Positions 28,483 through 40,725 are shown, counted from the first letter of the stretch. The stretch: DNA of 64,000 nt from an uncultured delta proteobacterium (GCA_963848285.1 CAWKCZ010000002.1:327002-391001), one strand, 5' to 3'. A program made the numbers and translations. Notes: generated by a model not told the origin, from the letters alone.

Positions 28483-29828
28483 TTAACTCGGGGCAACGAC
28501 TCGTCCACTCAGATCGTAGGTCAGCGCCTTGTCGATACGAACCTGCACGAATTCGCCGGGGGTGGCTTCGCCCTTGAGAAATACCGAGCCATCGATCTCG
28601 GGAGCCTGCGACTGGCTGCGCCCGCGCATCCGCGTGGCGCGGCCCGGGAATAGCGACCTTCAACCAGACACTTCGATTTCGCGGCCGACGCAGGACACGA
28701 TTTTTCTTGAGCGAAATCTCTCCCTGAAGTTCCATCAGACGCGCGCGGCGTGCGCGCTTGACTCGCTCCGGAACCTGATTGCGGCAGGTCGAACGCCGCG
28801 GTGTTCTCCTCCAACGAGTAGGTAAACACGCCAACCCGATCAAATTCCTGCTCGCGGATGAAACCGGCCAGATGCCGCGAATGCCTCGTCGGTCTCGCCC
28901 GGAAATCCGACGATGAAGGAGCTGCGCAGCGCGATGCCGGGCACGCGCTTGCGGATGCGATCGAGTATTTTGCGCAGCGCTTCGCCCGAGCGCTCGCGGC
29001 GCATCGCGCGCAGGATGGCATCATCGGCATGTTGCAGCGGCATGTCGATATACTTCGTGACCTTCGGCAGCGCCGCGATCGCATCGAGGAGCTCATCGGT
29101 CACGAAGTTGGGATAGCAGTAGAGCAGCCGAATCCAGTGGATGCCGTCGACGTCGTTCAGTGCGTACAGCAGCTTCGCGAGCGACGACGGCGTATCGAGG
29201 TCGCGCCCATAGGCGGTCAGATCCTGCGCGATGAGGTTCAATTCGCGCACACCGCCGGCGGCAAGCATCCGCGCCTCGGCGACGAGGTCGTGCGATCGGG
29301 CGGCTCTCATGACGGCCGCGAATCTTCGGAATGATGCAGAACGCGCACTTGTGATTGCATCCTTCGGAAATCTTCAGGTACGAGGTGAAATAGTCGCCGG
29401 TCTTGATGCCGCGGCGCCGAATGCGACGGCAGCAGATGCGCCGCGCCGGCGTAGGGAATCGGGCGCTCCTCGGGCGCCTCGGTGCGGCGCAGCAGTTCCG
29501 GCAGCTCGAGGAAGTTTCCGGTCCCGACGAACACATCGACCTCCGGAATCTGCTCGCGCAGCTCGGCGCCATAGCGCTGCGCCATGCATCCCGCGACTAC
29601 GAGCCGCTTGCCGAGGCCGTGGCGCTTGACCTCGGCGGCCTCCATGACCGCGTCGAGCGATTCCTTCTTCGCGCTCTCGATAAAGGCGCAGGTGTTCACG
29701 ACGAGGACTTGCGCCTCATCGGGATCGAGCGTGACCTCGAATCCGGCGCCGACCAGCGCACCGAGCATCAGCTCGCTGTCGGCGAGATTCTTGGGACAAC
29801 CCAAACTGAGAAGATGAACTTTTTCCAT
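28483..29828 (-). CDS. rimO: Ribosomal protein S12 methylthiotransferase RimO (at least 4 frame changes)
   Basis: [25 protein letters not shown]...VVNTCAFI (ORF 29307..29828). Radical SAM motif [18 protein letters not shown] (ORF 29093..29572). [19 protein letters not shown] (ORF 28840..29310). TRAM-like end ...[14 protein letters not shown] to TAA 28483..28485. Confidence 0.85.
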
Positions 29829-29950
29829 CTAGCGGGAATCTCTGGGGCTACTATCTGTACCTGCGCGAGCCAACACGAGGCAATTGCTGCTACCGAACGA
29901 TGATAATGACGCTCAATGGGAATTCGTGCGGCGGCGGAGCCTTTACGATA

Positions 29951-30582
29951 TCAGCCCCCGGCAGGCGGTACGAAAGCGAAGAGCTTGTCCTCGAGCGGCG
30001 CGCCATTTTTGAAATCGGAGAAAGTCAGCTCGGTGACGTCGCCGAGAGCATCGGTCAGAGCGCAAGCGTGCGCAGATCGAGCGTCTTCGGATCGAGGCCC
30101 ATCTCGATGGCTATCGCCACCGTTTTTCGGCTTCAGCGCGATGTGCTTCAGGCCGTCGGTTGGCGCGTTCGCGGGCACCGAAGCATCGAAGTCATGCTGC
30201 ACATTTCCGATTCCGAGCAGAAACGATGCCGCACTCGAAGATCTGAACGCCTGCTCCAATGGGGTCTCGATCACCTGGTTGAGATCGGGCTGATAGCTGT
30301 AGAGCTGCTTGCCGTCGCTCACGATGAGTTCCTGATCGTCGCCCGCGAACTCCCATCGCATGCGGCCCGGCTTGCGATAGTAGACGGTGCCCTCGCGCTC
30401 GCGCTTCGCTCCGCCAGCGGGAGCGATCTCTTCCTTGAACTTCGCGGAGAACGAATTGGTCTGCTGATAGTGCTTCTGCAAGCGATCGCAATAGCGCCTT
30501 AAGCTGCGGCGACTCGTCGCGACCGATACGAGCTACAACGCGAAAATCAAGCGGCAACGAGGATCCGGAAATGGCTTCTCAT
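29951..30582 (-). CDS. lolA: Outer-membrane lipoprotein carrier protein LolA (at least 1 frame change near the N-terminus)
   Basis: The ATG at 30582 overlaps the ftsK stop (ATGA). Signal-like [30 protein letters not shown]...[17 protein letters not shown]...[20 protein letters not shown] (ORF 29951..30481). Confidence 0.75.
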
Positions 30583-32830
30583 TTGATTTTGCGCAGCCGC
30601 ACTTCGCGAGGCCGCGCGCCATCGGGCGGAGCGACGATGCCCTCGCGCTCCATCTGCTCGACCATCCGCGCCGCGCGGTTGTAGCCGATGCGCAGGCGCC
30701 GCTGGATCATCGAGATCGACGCCTGCCCGGTCTCCATCACGATGTTGACCGCCTCGTCGTAATTCTCGTCGCGCTCGTAATCCTCGCCGCATATCCTCGC
30801 TCGGCGGCTTGGTGTCGAGGATTTCCATCCGATAGTCGGGCGTGCCTTGCGCGCGAAGAAAATCCGCGAGCTTGCGCGTCTCGATTTCCGACACGAACGG
30901 GCCATGCAGGCGCACCAGCTTCGCGCTGCCCGGCGGCATGAAGAGCATGTCGCCCGCGCCGAGCAGACGTTCCGCGCCAATCGAATCGAGAATCGTGCGC
31001 GAGTCGACGCGCGAGGTCACCTGCAGCGAGATGCGCGCGGGCAGGTTGGCCTTGATGAGCCCGGTGATGACGTCGACCGACGGCCGCTGGGTCGCGAGGA
31101 TCAGATGGATTCCCGACGCGCGCGCCTTTTGCGCCAGCCGCGTGATATCGCGCTCGACGGTTTTGCCCTCGCTCAGCAGCAGGTCGGCGAGCTCATCGAT
31201 GATGATGACGATTTTCGGCAGCTTGCGATGCTCGATCTTCGGCGGCGCATCGGCACCATCGATCGGCGGCTCGACGCCATCGCTGATTTGGTTCGCCGGC
31301 TTGAGCTCGACCACCGGCGCGCCGGAGCTGAGCGCGCGATTGTAGCCGTCGATGTTGCGCACGCCGAGGTCGCGCATCATCGCGTAGCGGGTTTCCATTT
31401 CCTGCGTCGCCCACAGCAGCGCCGACGCCGCCTTGTCGGGATCGACGACGACCGGCACCAGCAGATGCGGAATATTCTCGTAGGTCGAGAGCTCCAGCAT
31501 CTTGGGATCGATCATGATGAAGCGCACATCGTCGGCGGTCGCATTGAACAGCACCGACGCGATCATGGTGTGCAGCGAAACCGATTTGCCGGTGCCGGTC
31601 GCGCCCGGCGATCAGCAGATGCGGCATCTGGCGAGGTCGGCCGCCATCGGACGGCCCGCGATATCCTTGCCGAGCGCGATGGTGAGCTGGCTTTGCGCGC
31701 CGGCGAACTCGTCGGATTCGAGAATCTCGCGCAGATAGATCATCTCGCGCTTGCGATTCGGCACCTCGATACCGACCACGGCCTCGCCCGGCACCGGCGC
31801 CTGGATTCGCACCGCAGCCGCTCTCAGAGCCATCGAGAGATCATCGGCAAGGTTGACGATCTGGCTTACCTTGATGCCGGAGCCGGGCTCGAACTTGTAC
31901 ATCGTGACGACCGGGCCGGGCTGCACCTCGACCACGCGGCCATCGACGCCGAAATCGGCGAGCTTCTGTTCGAGCACGCGCGCGCTGCGCTCCAGCGCGA
32001 CCTCATCGATCTGCGCATGCTCGGCGGGCGGGATATCGAGCAGCGAAAGCGGCGGCAATTTGAAGCTTCCGCGATTGCGCGACTTGGCTCGTTCTTGTCC
32101 TTTTTGTCGCGCGAAGCGATCGACGCGGCTCGATGCGCCGCACCTTGAGCGGCGTCGGGCGCAATCGCGCGCGGAGTTTTGCCACCGTCCACCGCGACGG
32201 CAGCGATTGGAGTCGCTCTCGTCCAGTGGGATCCGCGAGTTCGATTGCTTGCTCGCGCTCGGAGCGGCATCGACGGCTTCAGTTTTCGCGCCGCGGCCGA
32301 GGCGAGATCGGTCGGCGCGCGTTTCAGCATCAGCGCGACGCCGCTAATCAGCGCGAAACCACCGCGAGATATCCGCCGCCGATGTTGAGCGACGCTGCGA
32401 GGAGGCTGCGCGATTCGCGTGCCGATCATCCCGGCGATCGCGACGTCGCCCGGCCGCCAGAGTCCCAAGCGCCGTGGCGATCGCGACGATGACAATCGCG
32501 CCTGCGCCAATTTCGCGCGCGAGGTCATTCCAGTTGACAGCCGGACCAGATTCGCACGCCGAGCATCACCAGCAGCGCGATTAGCGGATACGCGCCGTAG
32601 CCGAACAGCCGCGCGAGGCCGCCGGCCACTGCGCCTCCCACCGGGCCGCCGAGATTGTGCCGCTGATGGCCGAGGTGCAGCGAGACGAGGCTGACCGTCG
32701 CGAATGCCGCCACCGCGAGCAGCGCCAGCGCGCCCAGTTCGCGCGCGATACGGTTGTCGCGCAGCGCTTCCAGCCTCGCGGTGCCACGACCGGGGCGAGT
32801 TCCACCGGCGACGATTTCAGCTGCCGCGCG
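30579..32830 (-). CDS. ftsK: DNA translocase FtsK (at least 5 frame changes; 5' end approximate)
   Basis: Membrane N-terminus [18 protein letters not shown]...[23 protein letters not shown] (ORF 32525..32713). Alpha/beta domains in ORF 31612..32058. Walker A, by my translation: [25 protein letters not shown] and [19 protein letters not shown] (ORF 30547..31566). Gamma domain [28 protein letters not shown] (ORF 30579..30980). Confidence 0.9.
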
Positions 32831-32834
32831 ATGG

Positions 32835-34530
32835 CTACGGAACCTCCATCACGTGGACCATGATGAACGGGCGCTTACCTACATTATGGATGAAATAATG
32901 TCGCAGTGTACGTACGACTTCATCCTTGATGCGCGCGTCGTCGGGATGGTACGGGACGCGGAATCGCGTCGAGCCGCTGCTGAACTTCCTCGCGCCCGCG
33001 CCGCAGATGCGCCGAGGTTCCGTTGCCCGAAACGAAGCCGCGCGAGAAGATATCCGGGCCACCGACGATAGTTCCGCTGCTGGCCGACACCGCGATCATC
33101 GCGATCACGGTGCCGTCGCGCGCGAGGCTGCGGCGCTCGCCGATCAGCGCGATGTCTTCGGCCTCGCCCGCCTCCATCAGGATGCGGCCGGTGTGCGCCT
33201 TGCGGCTGCGATAGGCTTCCGCGCCGGTCAGCATCAGCGAGTCGCCATCCTCGAGCAGGAAGCAGTTGCGCTCGGGAATTCCCGCCTCGACCGCGAGCGC
33301 GAGGTGACGGCTCAGATGCCGATACTCGCCGTGAATCGGGACGAAGTAGCGCGGCTTCACCAGCGCAATCAAATCCGCGAGCTCGTCGCGGCTCGCGTGT
33401 CCGGAGACGTGCACCGGCGCGACCGCGTCGTAAATCACCTCGGCGCCGAGCTTGTAGAGCTGATTGACGAGGCTGTTGATCGAGCGCTCGTTGCCGGGAA
33501 TGAAGCGCGACGAGAGCACCACCATGTCGCCATTCTCGACGTGCACGCGCGGATGATTGTCGATCGCGAGCTTCGCCAGCGCGGAAAACGGCTCGCCCTG
33601 GCTGCCGCTCGCGAGGTAGGTCAACTTGCGCGGCTCGATAAAGTCCGCCTCCTCGGGCTCGATGAAAGTTCCGGGCGCGAACGACAAGCTGCCCGGTTTC
33701 CATGCCGAGGCGCACGCTCTCGGCCATCCGGCGTCCGAGCGGCAACGACGCGGCGGCCGACTTCCTTGCGAAACTTCCGCAACCTGCCGAATGCGATGGA
33801 TGTGCGAGGAAAACGCCGACAGAAAAAAACGATTCTTGGTGCGCGAAATCAGCTCGCGAAGAATTGGTTTGAGCGAGCTTTCCGAACCGGAGCGCCCTTC
33901 CCGCTCGACGTTGGTGGAATCGGAAAGCAGCAGCTCGACGCCTTCCTCGCCCGAGCGCCGCGAAGGCTTCGGTATCGAATTTCTGCCCATCAACCGGAGC
34001 GTCATCAATCTTGAAATCGCCGCTATGCACGATGATGCCGGCGGGGGTGCGAATCGCGAGCGCGATCGAATCCGGCGTCGAATGAGTGACTCGCAGTGGC
34101 TCGATCGTAAACGGACCGACCGCGAAACTCTTGCCGCGGCTCGATCGCGATTCAGATCCTGTTTCGCGCGTGGAGGCCAGCTTCTTCGAGGCGGCGGCGC
34201 ACGAACGCCAGCGTGATCGCGCTGCCATAAACCGGCACCTGGAATTTGCGCAGCAGGTACGGCAGCGCGCCGATGTGATCCTCATGCGCATGGGTCAGGA
34301 CGACCGCATCGATGGGCACGCGCTTTTCGATCAGTTCGGAAAAATCGGGGACGTAAACGCCGTTGCCGAGCAGGCGCTCCTCGGGGAACATCACGCCGCA
34401 ATCGATGACGAGACCGTGCCCGGCGCATTCGAGCACCATCAGGTTGAGGCCGATCTCCCCCAAACCGCCGAGGGCAAACAGTTTTACGGGAGTGCGTTTT
34501 GGAATTACCTGCCCCCATCGACACCTTCAC
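32835..34530 (-). CDS. rnj: Ribonuclease J (at least 4 frame changes)
   Basis: LGEIGLNLMVLECAGHGLVIDCG and VVLTHAHEDHIGALPYLL form the HxHxDH metallo-beta-lactamase motif (ORF 34152..34463). FVPIHGEYRHL (ORF 32920..34008). C-terminus DEVVRTLRHYFIHNVGKRPFIMVHVMEV (ORF 32835..33062). Confidence 0.85.
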
Positions 34531-34885
34531 CGCCGCGACGCGGGTTCAGTATACAAAGCGTCAACTGGAGGCGAAAGATCGACCATTTGTAGGGTTTGAT
34601 GGCTCGAATCGCGGCGGATGGAAATCTGCGGGCGCATTTTGGAAAAGATCAACATCTACAAGGATTTAATGGGTTTGTTTTCGCGATTTTTCGAATATCG
34701 ACCAGTTCCCGATGCATCCTTGAGGCGCCACTTCGCGGCTCATGCCAACCCTCATTATTTCCCAATCGACGCGGCAAGGATACGCTGGGGATAGACGATT
34801 GCGCGGTGCGAGGCCGTTTTCCACAGCTAAGGCTTGCGCTCATAATCGGCTGTCGCGATTAGGTTCGCTTCGGAGGTGGCGGAAG

Positions 34886-35307
34886 ATGTCAGTTAATAAG
34901 GTGATTTTGCTCGGAAACCTGGGGCGCGACCCTGAGGTGCGGCACCTCCCGACCGGAATGAAGGTCGCCAATTTCTCCCTCGCGACCAGCATGAAGCGCA
35001 AAGACCGGCGAGACCAGACCGAATGGCACAACATCGTCGCGTTCGACCGCCTCGCCGACCTCGCCGAGAAGTATCTGCGCAAGGGCAAACAGATCTACCT
35101 CGAAGGCCGGCTGCAGACTCGCCAATGGGAGGCGAAGGACGGCAGCGGCAAACGTCAGCGCACCGAGATCATCATGAGCGAGATGCAGTTCATCGGCAGT
35201 GCGTGGCGATAGGCGGCGGCGATTATGCGGGAGCTGGTGCAGGTAGCGCGGGCGGCGGCGCCGATATGCCATCGGCACCCATCGACGATGAAGATATTCC
35301 CTTTTAA
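34886..35307 (+). CDS. ssb: Single-stranded DNA-binding protein (one frame change near 35200)
   Basis: GGAGGTGG lies upstream of ATG 34886. MSVNKVILLGNLGRDPEVRHLPTGMKVANFSLAT...TEWHNIVAF (ORF 34742..35212). The Gly-rich tail ends in the canonical acidic tip DDEDIPF (ORF 35023..35307). Confidence 0.9.
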
Positions 35308-35721
35308 GGATCCGAAAGCTGGCTTCGATTCCTTCAGCTTCTCTCCCATAGTTGGGAGAGACAAGAGTGAGGGCAGTCGCTTCAGCTCTGGCGGTGTTGG
35401 CAGGCGTTCGCCTTTGAGCGCGATCGCGAAGAAATCTTTGAGCGCGTCGCGCAATTCGCCGAGCGCGAGGCCCATGTGCTCAGCCGGAAGATGATCGAGT
35501 TTCGCCGATGCCTTCGCATACATTGATGCGGCGCCGGTCAGATTGCCGCGTTGCGCGTGCAGGATCGCGACCGCGGCCTGGATGATTCCCTGGTAGAAAA
35601 GTTTCTCCTCACCCGCGCTGCGCTTCCAGACTTCTTCCCACGCCTCGTGGCATTCGAAGAATTTGCCTTCGTTGAAGAGATCGATCCCTTCCTCGAAGAA
35701 TTCCACGAGTGGCCTCAGCAT
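35155..35721 (-). CDS. DUF309-domain protein; the last ~50 codons are antisense to ssb and probably spurious
   Basis: GIDLFNEGKFFECHEAWEEVWKRSAGEEKLFYQGIIQAAVAILHAQRGN is the DUF309 hallmark (ORF 35155..35721). Confidence 0.65.
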   Translation of the reverse strand: MLRPLVEFFEEGIDLFNEGKFFECHEAWEEVWKRSAGEEKLFYQGIIQAAVAILHAQRGNLTGAASMYAKASAKLDHLPAEHMGLALGELRDALKDFFAIALKGERLPTPPELKRLPSLLSLPTMGEKLKESKPAFGSLKGNIFIVDGCRWHIGAAARATCTSSRIIAAAYRHALPMNCISLMMISVR

Positions 35722-35780
35722 GGAATCGCTTCGCGGAGGCCCTTCGCTCGCTCAGGATGACTCGGACTGCGGGATGACAG

Positions 35781-36449
35781 CTACAAAATGATGCGCTCGG
35801 TGGTGATGATGAACTTCGCATCCTCGGCGAGGAAATTCGGCTCATCGGCGAGCACCGCTTTGTACTGCGGCGTGTCGGCGTTCGAGCGCATCGCATCTTC
35901 GCTATCGAACCATACTTCCGCGACGCCATCCCACAGCGGCGTCCTGCCCATTCTTGTATGACGACATCAGCGGATGCGATTGCACATAGCGTCGCGCGCC
36001 CGGCACCGCCGCGCCGAGTTTGCCATGCGGCAGAATTCCAATGTGCCTGAAACTGCTCGACCGAAAGCTCGGGACGCTTTTTCAGGAACGCCACCATCTT
36101 CGGCATGCCGGCCTCGACGGGATTTTCCTTCTGCACGCGCTCCTTCGTCAGGATGAAGGCGAACTTCGACATGTCGAGGAACTTCTCGTTGTCGGCGAGC
36201 GTCTCGCGGCTGATGGGCGTGTCGGCGGTCTTGCGCATATCGTCGAGGTTCTCGTACCACAGCTCCGCGATGCCATCGTAAATCGGCTCGTGTTTGCGAT
36301 ATCCGGCATCCATCGTGTGCGATTGCACATACTTCACGAGGCCGGGAACCTTGAGCACCAGCGCGGCGTGCTCCTCGAGCCAATATTTGCGGAAGTCCTC
36401 GAGCGCCATGCCCGGGTTTTCGTTTGATGAAATAAATTGCCTTGATCAT
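35781..36449 (-). CDS. EthD-domain protein with two tandem EthD modules (at least 2 frame changes)
   Basis: Module 1: MIKAIYFIKRKPG (ORF 35967..36572) + MALEDFRKYWLEEHAALVLKVPGLVKYVQSHTMD...YDGIAELWYENLDDMRKT (ORF 35609..36409). Module 2: MPKMVAFLKKRPELSVEQFQAHW, then by my translation ...RRYVQSHPL...WDGVAEVWFDSEDAMRSNADTPQYKAVLADEPNFLAEDAKFIITTERIIL, ending at TAG 35781. Confidence 0.55.
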
Positions 36450-36558
36450 TCCCCGCCCTCGCCCGCTGATTACTCTGCTCTCGCGCCGTAACGCAACTGA
36501 AAGAAAAAGCCCGCCGGAAATCCGACGGGCTTTTGTCGATTCACTATCGGATTGGCGA

Positions 36559-38258
36559 TCAAGCCGCGCCATGACGCAGCAGCCGGCCCGCCATGTTGCC
36601 GGTCTCCTTGCCGTCTTCCATCGTCATCTGGCCGTTGACGAAGAGATAGCGGTAGCCTTCCGCCTTCTGTACGCGACGCCATTCGCCGCCCGGGAAATCA
36701 TGCGCGATTTCCATCGGACCCATCGCCAGCTTGTCGTAGTCGTAGACCACGATGTCGGCGGGCGCGCCTTCGCGTAGCGTGCCGCGATCGCGGAAGCCCG
36801 CGCATAGCGAGGGCAGCGTCGAGAGCCGCCAATGCGCTTCCTCGAGCGACAACATCTGATGCTCGCGGACCAGCTTGGTCAGGAACTCGGTCGGATAGCG
36901 TCCGCCGGTGAAAAACTTGGTGTGCGCGCCGCCATCGGAGACGCCGGGAATCAGCCACGGATAGTCGAGCATCTCCTTCATGTAGTCCATGTTCTGATTG
37001 GGTCCGGGCGCGTAGAACTCGGTGCGCAGATCGTCGGCCACCGCGAGATCGAGCATCACGTCCACCGGATGCTTGCCGTCTTTCTCCGCGGCCTCGCGCA
37101 GCGTCAGGCCTTCGTAGTGCTTCATGTCCTCGCGGGTGACGCCGGTAATGAAGATCTTGTCGAACTCCTCGGTGATGATGCGCGGAACCTGCGCGCGCAG
37201 CGCCTCGCGACGCGCGGGATCGCCGAGCTTCTGCTTTGCGCTCGGCGGTAGTGCCGGTGGTCGCATCGCACCAGGCCTGGACCTCGTCGAAGAGATTCCA
37301 GTCGGTGAAGCTGAAAGTCATGTTGGTGTCGCTGGTGACTGCCTGTCCATAGACGCGCAGCCCGCGCTGACGGCATGAATCCAGCCATGCGATGGTCCCG
37401 CGATGGATGAACGGCATCGAGTCGCGCGGCTGCACGACGTTGAAGAGAATCGGGCGTCCGCTGATGTCGGCGAGCTTTTCGAAATGCTGCGGGATCCTTG
37501 CTCGGATCGGCGGAAACCAGCGTCATCTGCATGAAGCCCTCGTTGCGGCGTCCGAGCACGCGCGCGAGCGCATAGCAGGTGTCATCGGTCATGAGATCGG
37601 AAACCATCGGAGTGCCGTCGTAGTCGCGCTGCACGCATGCGGGGCCTTTCGGATCGAGGCGCTGCGCGGACCATCCGCACGCGCCGGCATCCATCGCCTC
37701 GTCGAGGAGGCGGCAAATCTCGCGCTCCTCCTGCTCGGTCGGCGGACGATTCTTCGCGTCCTCGATGCCCATCACGTAAGTGAGCAGCGGCGAGACCGAA
37801 ACATACGGCAGGATGTTCACCGCCTTGGGACGGCGATCGATGCTGTCGAGGAATTCGGGAAAGGTCGTCCAATCCCACGGCATGCCAGCTTTCATCGCGG
37901 CGTAAGGAATCGCCTCGACCCGCGTCATCGTGAGCATCGCGCGCTCGCGCGCTTCCGGCTTCACCGGCGCGAAGCCGAAGCCGCAGTTGCCGATCACGAT
38001 CGAGGTGACGCCGTGCCAGCTCGAAATCGAGCAGTAGGGATCCCAGAAAAGTTGCGCGTCGTAATGGGTGTGGAGGTCGACGAATCCCGGCGCGACGATA
38101 TGCCCTGAGGCATCGACGTTTTTGGCGGCATCGCTCGCGCGCAGTCTTCCGATCTTCGCGATGCGACCGTTCTTGATTCCGATATCAGCGCGGAAACGCG
38201 GCATCCGCGTTCCATCGATCACCATCCCGTCCTTGATGATGAGGTCGTATTCCGGCAT
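36559..38258 (-). CDS. Amidohydrolase-superfamily N-acyl-D-amino-acid deacylase (D-aminoacylase)-like enzyme (at least 2 frame changes)
   Basis: MPEYDLIIKDGMVIDGTRMP...GRIAKIG...ASGHIVAPGFVDLHTHYD contains the HxH metal site (ORF 37122..38321). PGVSDGGAHTKFF...GTLREGAPADIVVYD (ORF 36559..37266). Confidence 0.7.
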
Positions 38259-38371
38259 GAGCACCCTCCTCCTCGCGTTAGCCGCCGACGCTGCCATCAC
38301 GCATCGCATCGCGAAGCGCATCGGCTGTCAAGGATAAGCGCGCGCTTACCGGGTGAGAAGTCGCTACCTAA

Positions 38372-38914
38372 TCAAAGTTTGGTGACGCCGGGTTCAACCT
38401 CGACCCCGAGCGGAACCAGGATACGAACCACCATGTTGTAGAATGCTACATTCTGTACGAGTTCCATCAGGCGGCGAGTCCCGAGCGATTTCTGCAACGC
38501 CTCAAAGGTGGCGTCGGTGACCTTCACGTTCGTGGTGGCCTCGAACGCGTAACGCATCACGATGCGTTCCTGCTCGTTGAACAGCGACGATGTCTCAAAA
38601 TCAGCAAGATGCTCGAGTTGCTCGCGAGAGACGCCTACGTGCCGCGCGAGGTTCCAATGATGAGTGAACTCATACTCCGCCTCGGTGATGCGACCGACCG
38701 TCATCAGCGCGAGTTCGCGCAGCTTCGGGTCGAGTTCGGTGCCGTTGCGCAGCTCGCCGCCGAGCGCGAGGAAACGGCGCAGCAGATTCGGCGTATGGGC
38801 AAGCATTCGAAAGATGTTGCCGACCGGATTTTTGCGCTCCTCGATCAGGCGATCGAAAATTTCGCGATCAGCTTCGGCCAGGTCTTCTCTCTTTAGATAC
38901 GGCAGCCGCGCCAT
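38372..38914 (-). CDS. Carboxymuconolactone decarboxylase (AhpD-like) family protein
   Basis: Uninterrupted 180 codons at the end of ORF 38372..39604: MARLPYLKREDLAEADREIFDRL...LRELALMTVGRITEAEYEFTHHWNLARHVGVSREQL. Confidence 0.65.
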   Translation of the reverse strand: MARLPYLKREDLAEADREIFDRLIEERKNPVGNIFRMLAHTPNLLRRFLALGGELRNGTELDPKLRELALMTVGRITEAEYEFTHHWNLARHVGVSREQLEHLADFETSSLFNEQERIVMRYAFEATTNVKVTDATFEALQKSLGTRRLMELVQNVAFYNMVVRILVPLGVEVEPGVTKL

Positions 38915-38946
38915 GTTGGATGACTCCTGGTTCGAGGTTACGCGAA

Positions 38947-40639
38947 CAGCATCTCGGACATGCCGCCGCCCGGAGGAATCATCGGCATCACCGCTTCCTC
39001 CTTCGGGATCACGACGTCGATGAGCACCGGGCCCGGGCGTCGCGAAGGCATCCTTCATCGTCTTGCGCGAGGTCCTTGGTCTTCTCGATGCGGAATCCAT
39101 GCGCGCCGTATGCTTCCGCGAGCTTGACGAAGTTCGGCACCGACATCGCCGAGTAGGAATAGCGCTCCTGAGTAGAAGCGCTCCTGCCATTGCCGCACCA
39201 TCCCGAGGAAATAGTTGTTGAGGATGATCACCTTGATGTCGACGTTGTACTGCACCGCGGTGCCGAGCTCCTGGATGTTCATCTGGATCGAGCCGTCGCC
39301 GGAGACCACCACCACTTTGCGATCGGGCGCCGCGAAGGTCGCGCCGATTCCCGCCGGCAGTCCATAACCCATCGTGCCCAGTCCACCCGAGGTCAGCCAT
39401 GAGCGCGGCTTCATGAAGGGAAACATCTGCGCGACCCACATCTGATGCTGCCCGACGTCGGTCGCGACAATCGCATCGCCCTTGGTCAGGTTCGCCATCT
39501 CTTCGATGACGTGCTGCGGGCTGATGTTCTCGCCGCGCTTGTTGTTTTCGTAAAGCGGCTTTTCCTTCTGCCATTTCAGGATCTGCTGATGCCACTTGGC
39601 CCATACCGCGCGCCGCTTGCCGATACTCTCGTGTCCCTTCACCGCTTCGAGCATGTCGTTGAGCACGCTCTTGATGTCGCCGACGATCGGAACGTCAACT
39701 TTGACGTTCTTCGAAATCGACGACGGATCGATATCGATATGGATGATGGTCTCGGCCTTGGGCGCGAAATCCTTGATGCGTCCGGTGACGCGATCGTCGA
39801 AGCGCGCGCCCACCGCGATGAGGCAATCGGTGTTGCATACCGCGGTATTGGTGCCGTACGAGCCGTGCATGCCGAGCATCCCGAGCCGCAAAGAATCGTT
39901 CGCCGGAATCGAGCCCAGCGCCATCAGCGTTTCGGTGACCGGAATTCCGAGGCCTTTCACGAGCTGCATGAAGCTCGGGCGCCGCGCCCGACCATTGCAC
40001 GCCACCGCCGACATAAAAGAGCGGCTTCTCACTTTTCTCGATCGCCTCGATGGCGCGCTCGATTTGGCGCGGATTGCCCTTGAAGGTCGGTTTGTAGCCG
40101 CGCAGGTCGGCCTTGTCACTGAGCTTGAATGCGTGCTCGGCCTGCTGCACATCTTTCGGAAGATCGACCAGCACCGGGCCGGGGCGGCCACTGCCCGCGA
40201 TGTAGAATGCCTCGCGAATCACGCGCGAGATGTCGCCGACTTCCTTGACCAGAAAGTTATGCTTGGTGCACGGCCGCGTGATGCCGACGATATCGACTTC
40301 CTGGAACGCATCATTACCGATCATGCTGGTCGGAACCTGCCCGGTCAGCACCACCATCGGGGTCGAATCCATGTATGCGTCGGCGATGCCGGTCACCGCG
40401 TTGGTCGCGCCCGGCCCCGAGGTCACCAGCACCACGCCGGGACGTCCACTGACGCGCGCATAGCCTTCCGCCATATGCGTCGCGCCTTGCTCATGGCGAA
40501 CGAGGATGTGCTTGATTTTGGAATCGAGCAGCGCGTCGTAGGTGGGTAGAATCGCGCCTCCGGGGTAGCCGAAAATGATGTCGACGCCTTCGGCGATAAG
40601 AGTCTCGATAACGATTTGCGCTCCGGTAAGTTTCTTCAC
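38947..40639 (-). CDS. ilvB: Acetolactate synthase large subunit-type ThDP enzyme (at least 2 frame changes)
   Basis: GAQIVIETLIAEGVDIIFGYPGGAILPTYDAL...HILVRHEQGATHMAEGYARVSGRPGVVLVTSGPGATNAVTGIADAYMDSTPMVVLTGQV (ORF 39695..40639). ThDP motif GGLGTMGYGLPAGIGA...VVVVSGDGSIQMNIQELGT...IILNN (ORF 39055..40191). Confidence 0.85.
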
Positions 40640-40725
40640 GGTTTTCCATTCCGGCGCACATCGCGAGTGCCAACCACATCGATTGTGTTCGCACGGCAGC
40701 CAGGTCGTTTTTGGATTTTCTAGAG

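Noticed and set aside
35155-35307. Genuine 150-nt convergent overlap between the DUF309 gene and ssb.
   Set aside because: The overlapping DUF309 tail (…GAAARATCTSS…) is simply the antisense of the Gly-rich SSB tail. An alternative frame gives a TAA overlapping the ssb stop codon, around 35303-35306. The overlap is most likely a read-through caused by an indel.
38335-38348. Perfect palindrome TAAGCGCGCGCTTA between the CMD-family gene and the D-aminoacylase-like gene, considered as a terminator or operator.
   Set aside because: There is no usable loop for a hairpin terminator and no U-tract. It is a single occurrence, so it cannot be distinguished from chance in GC-rich DNA.
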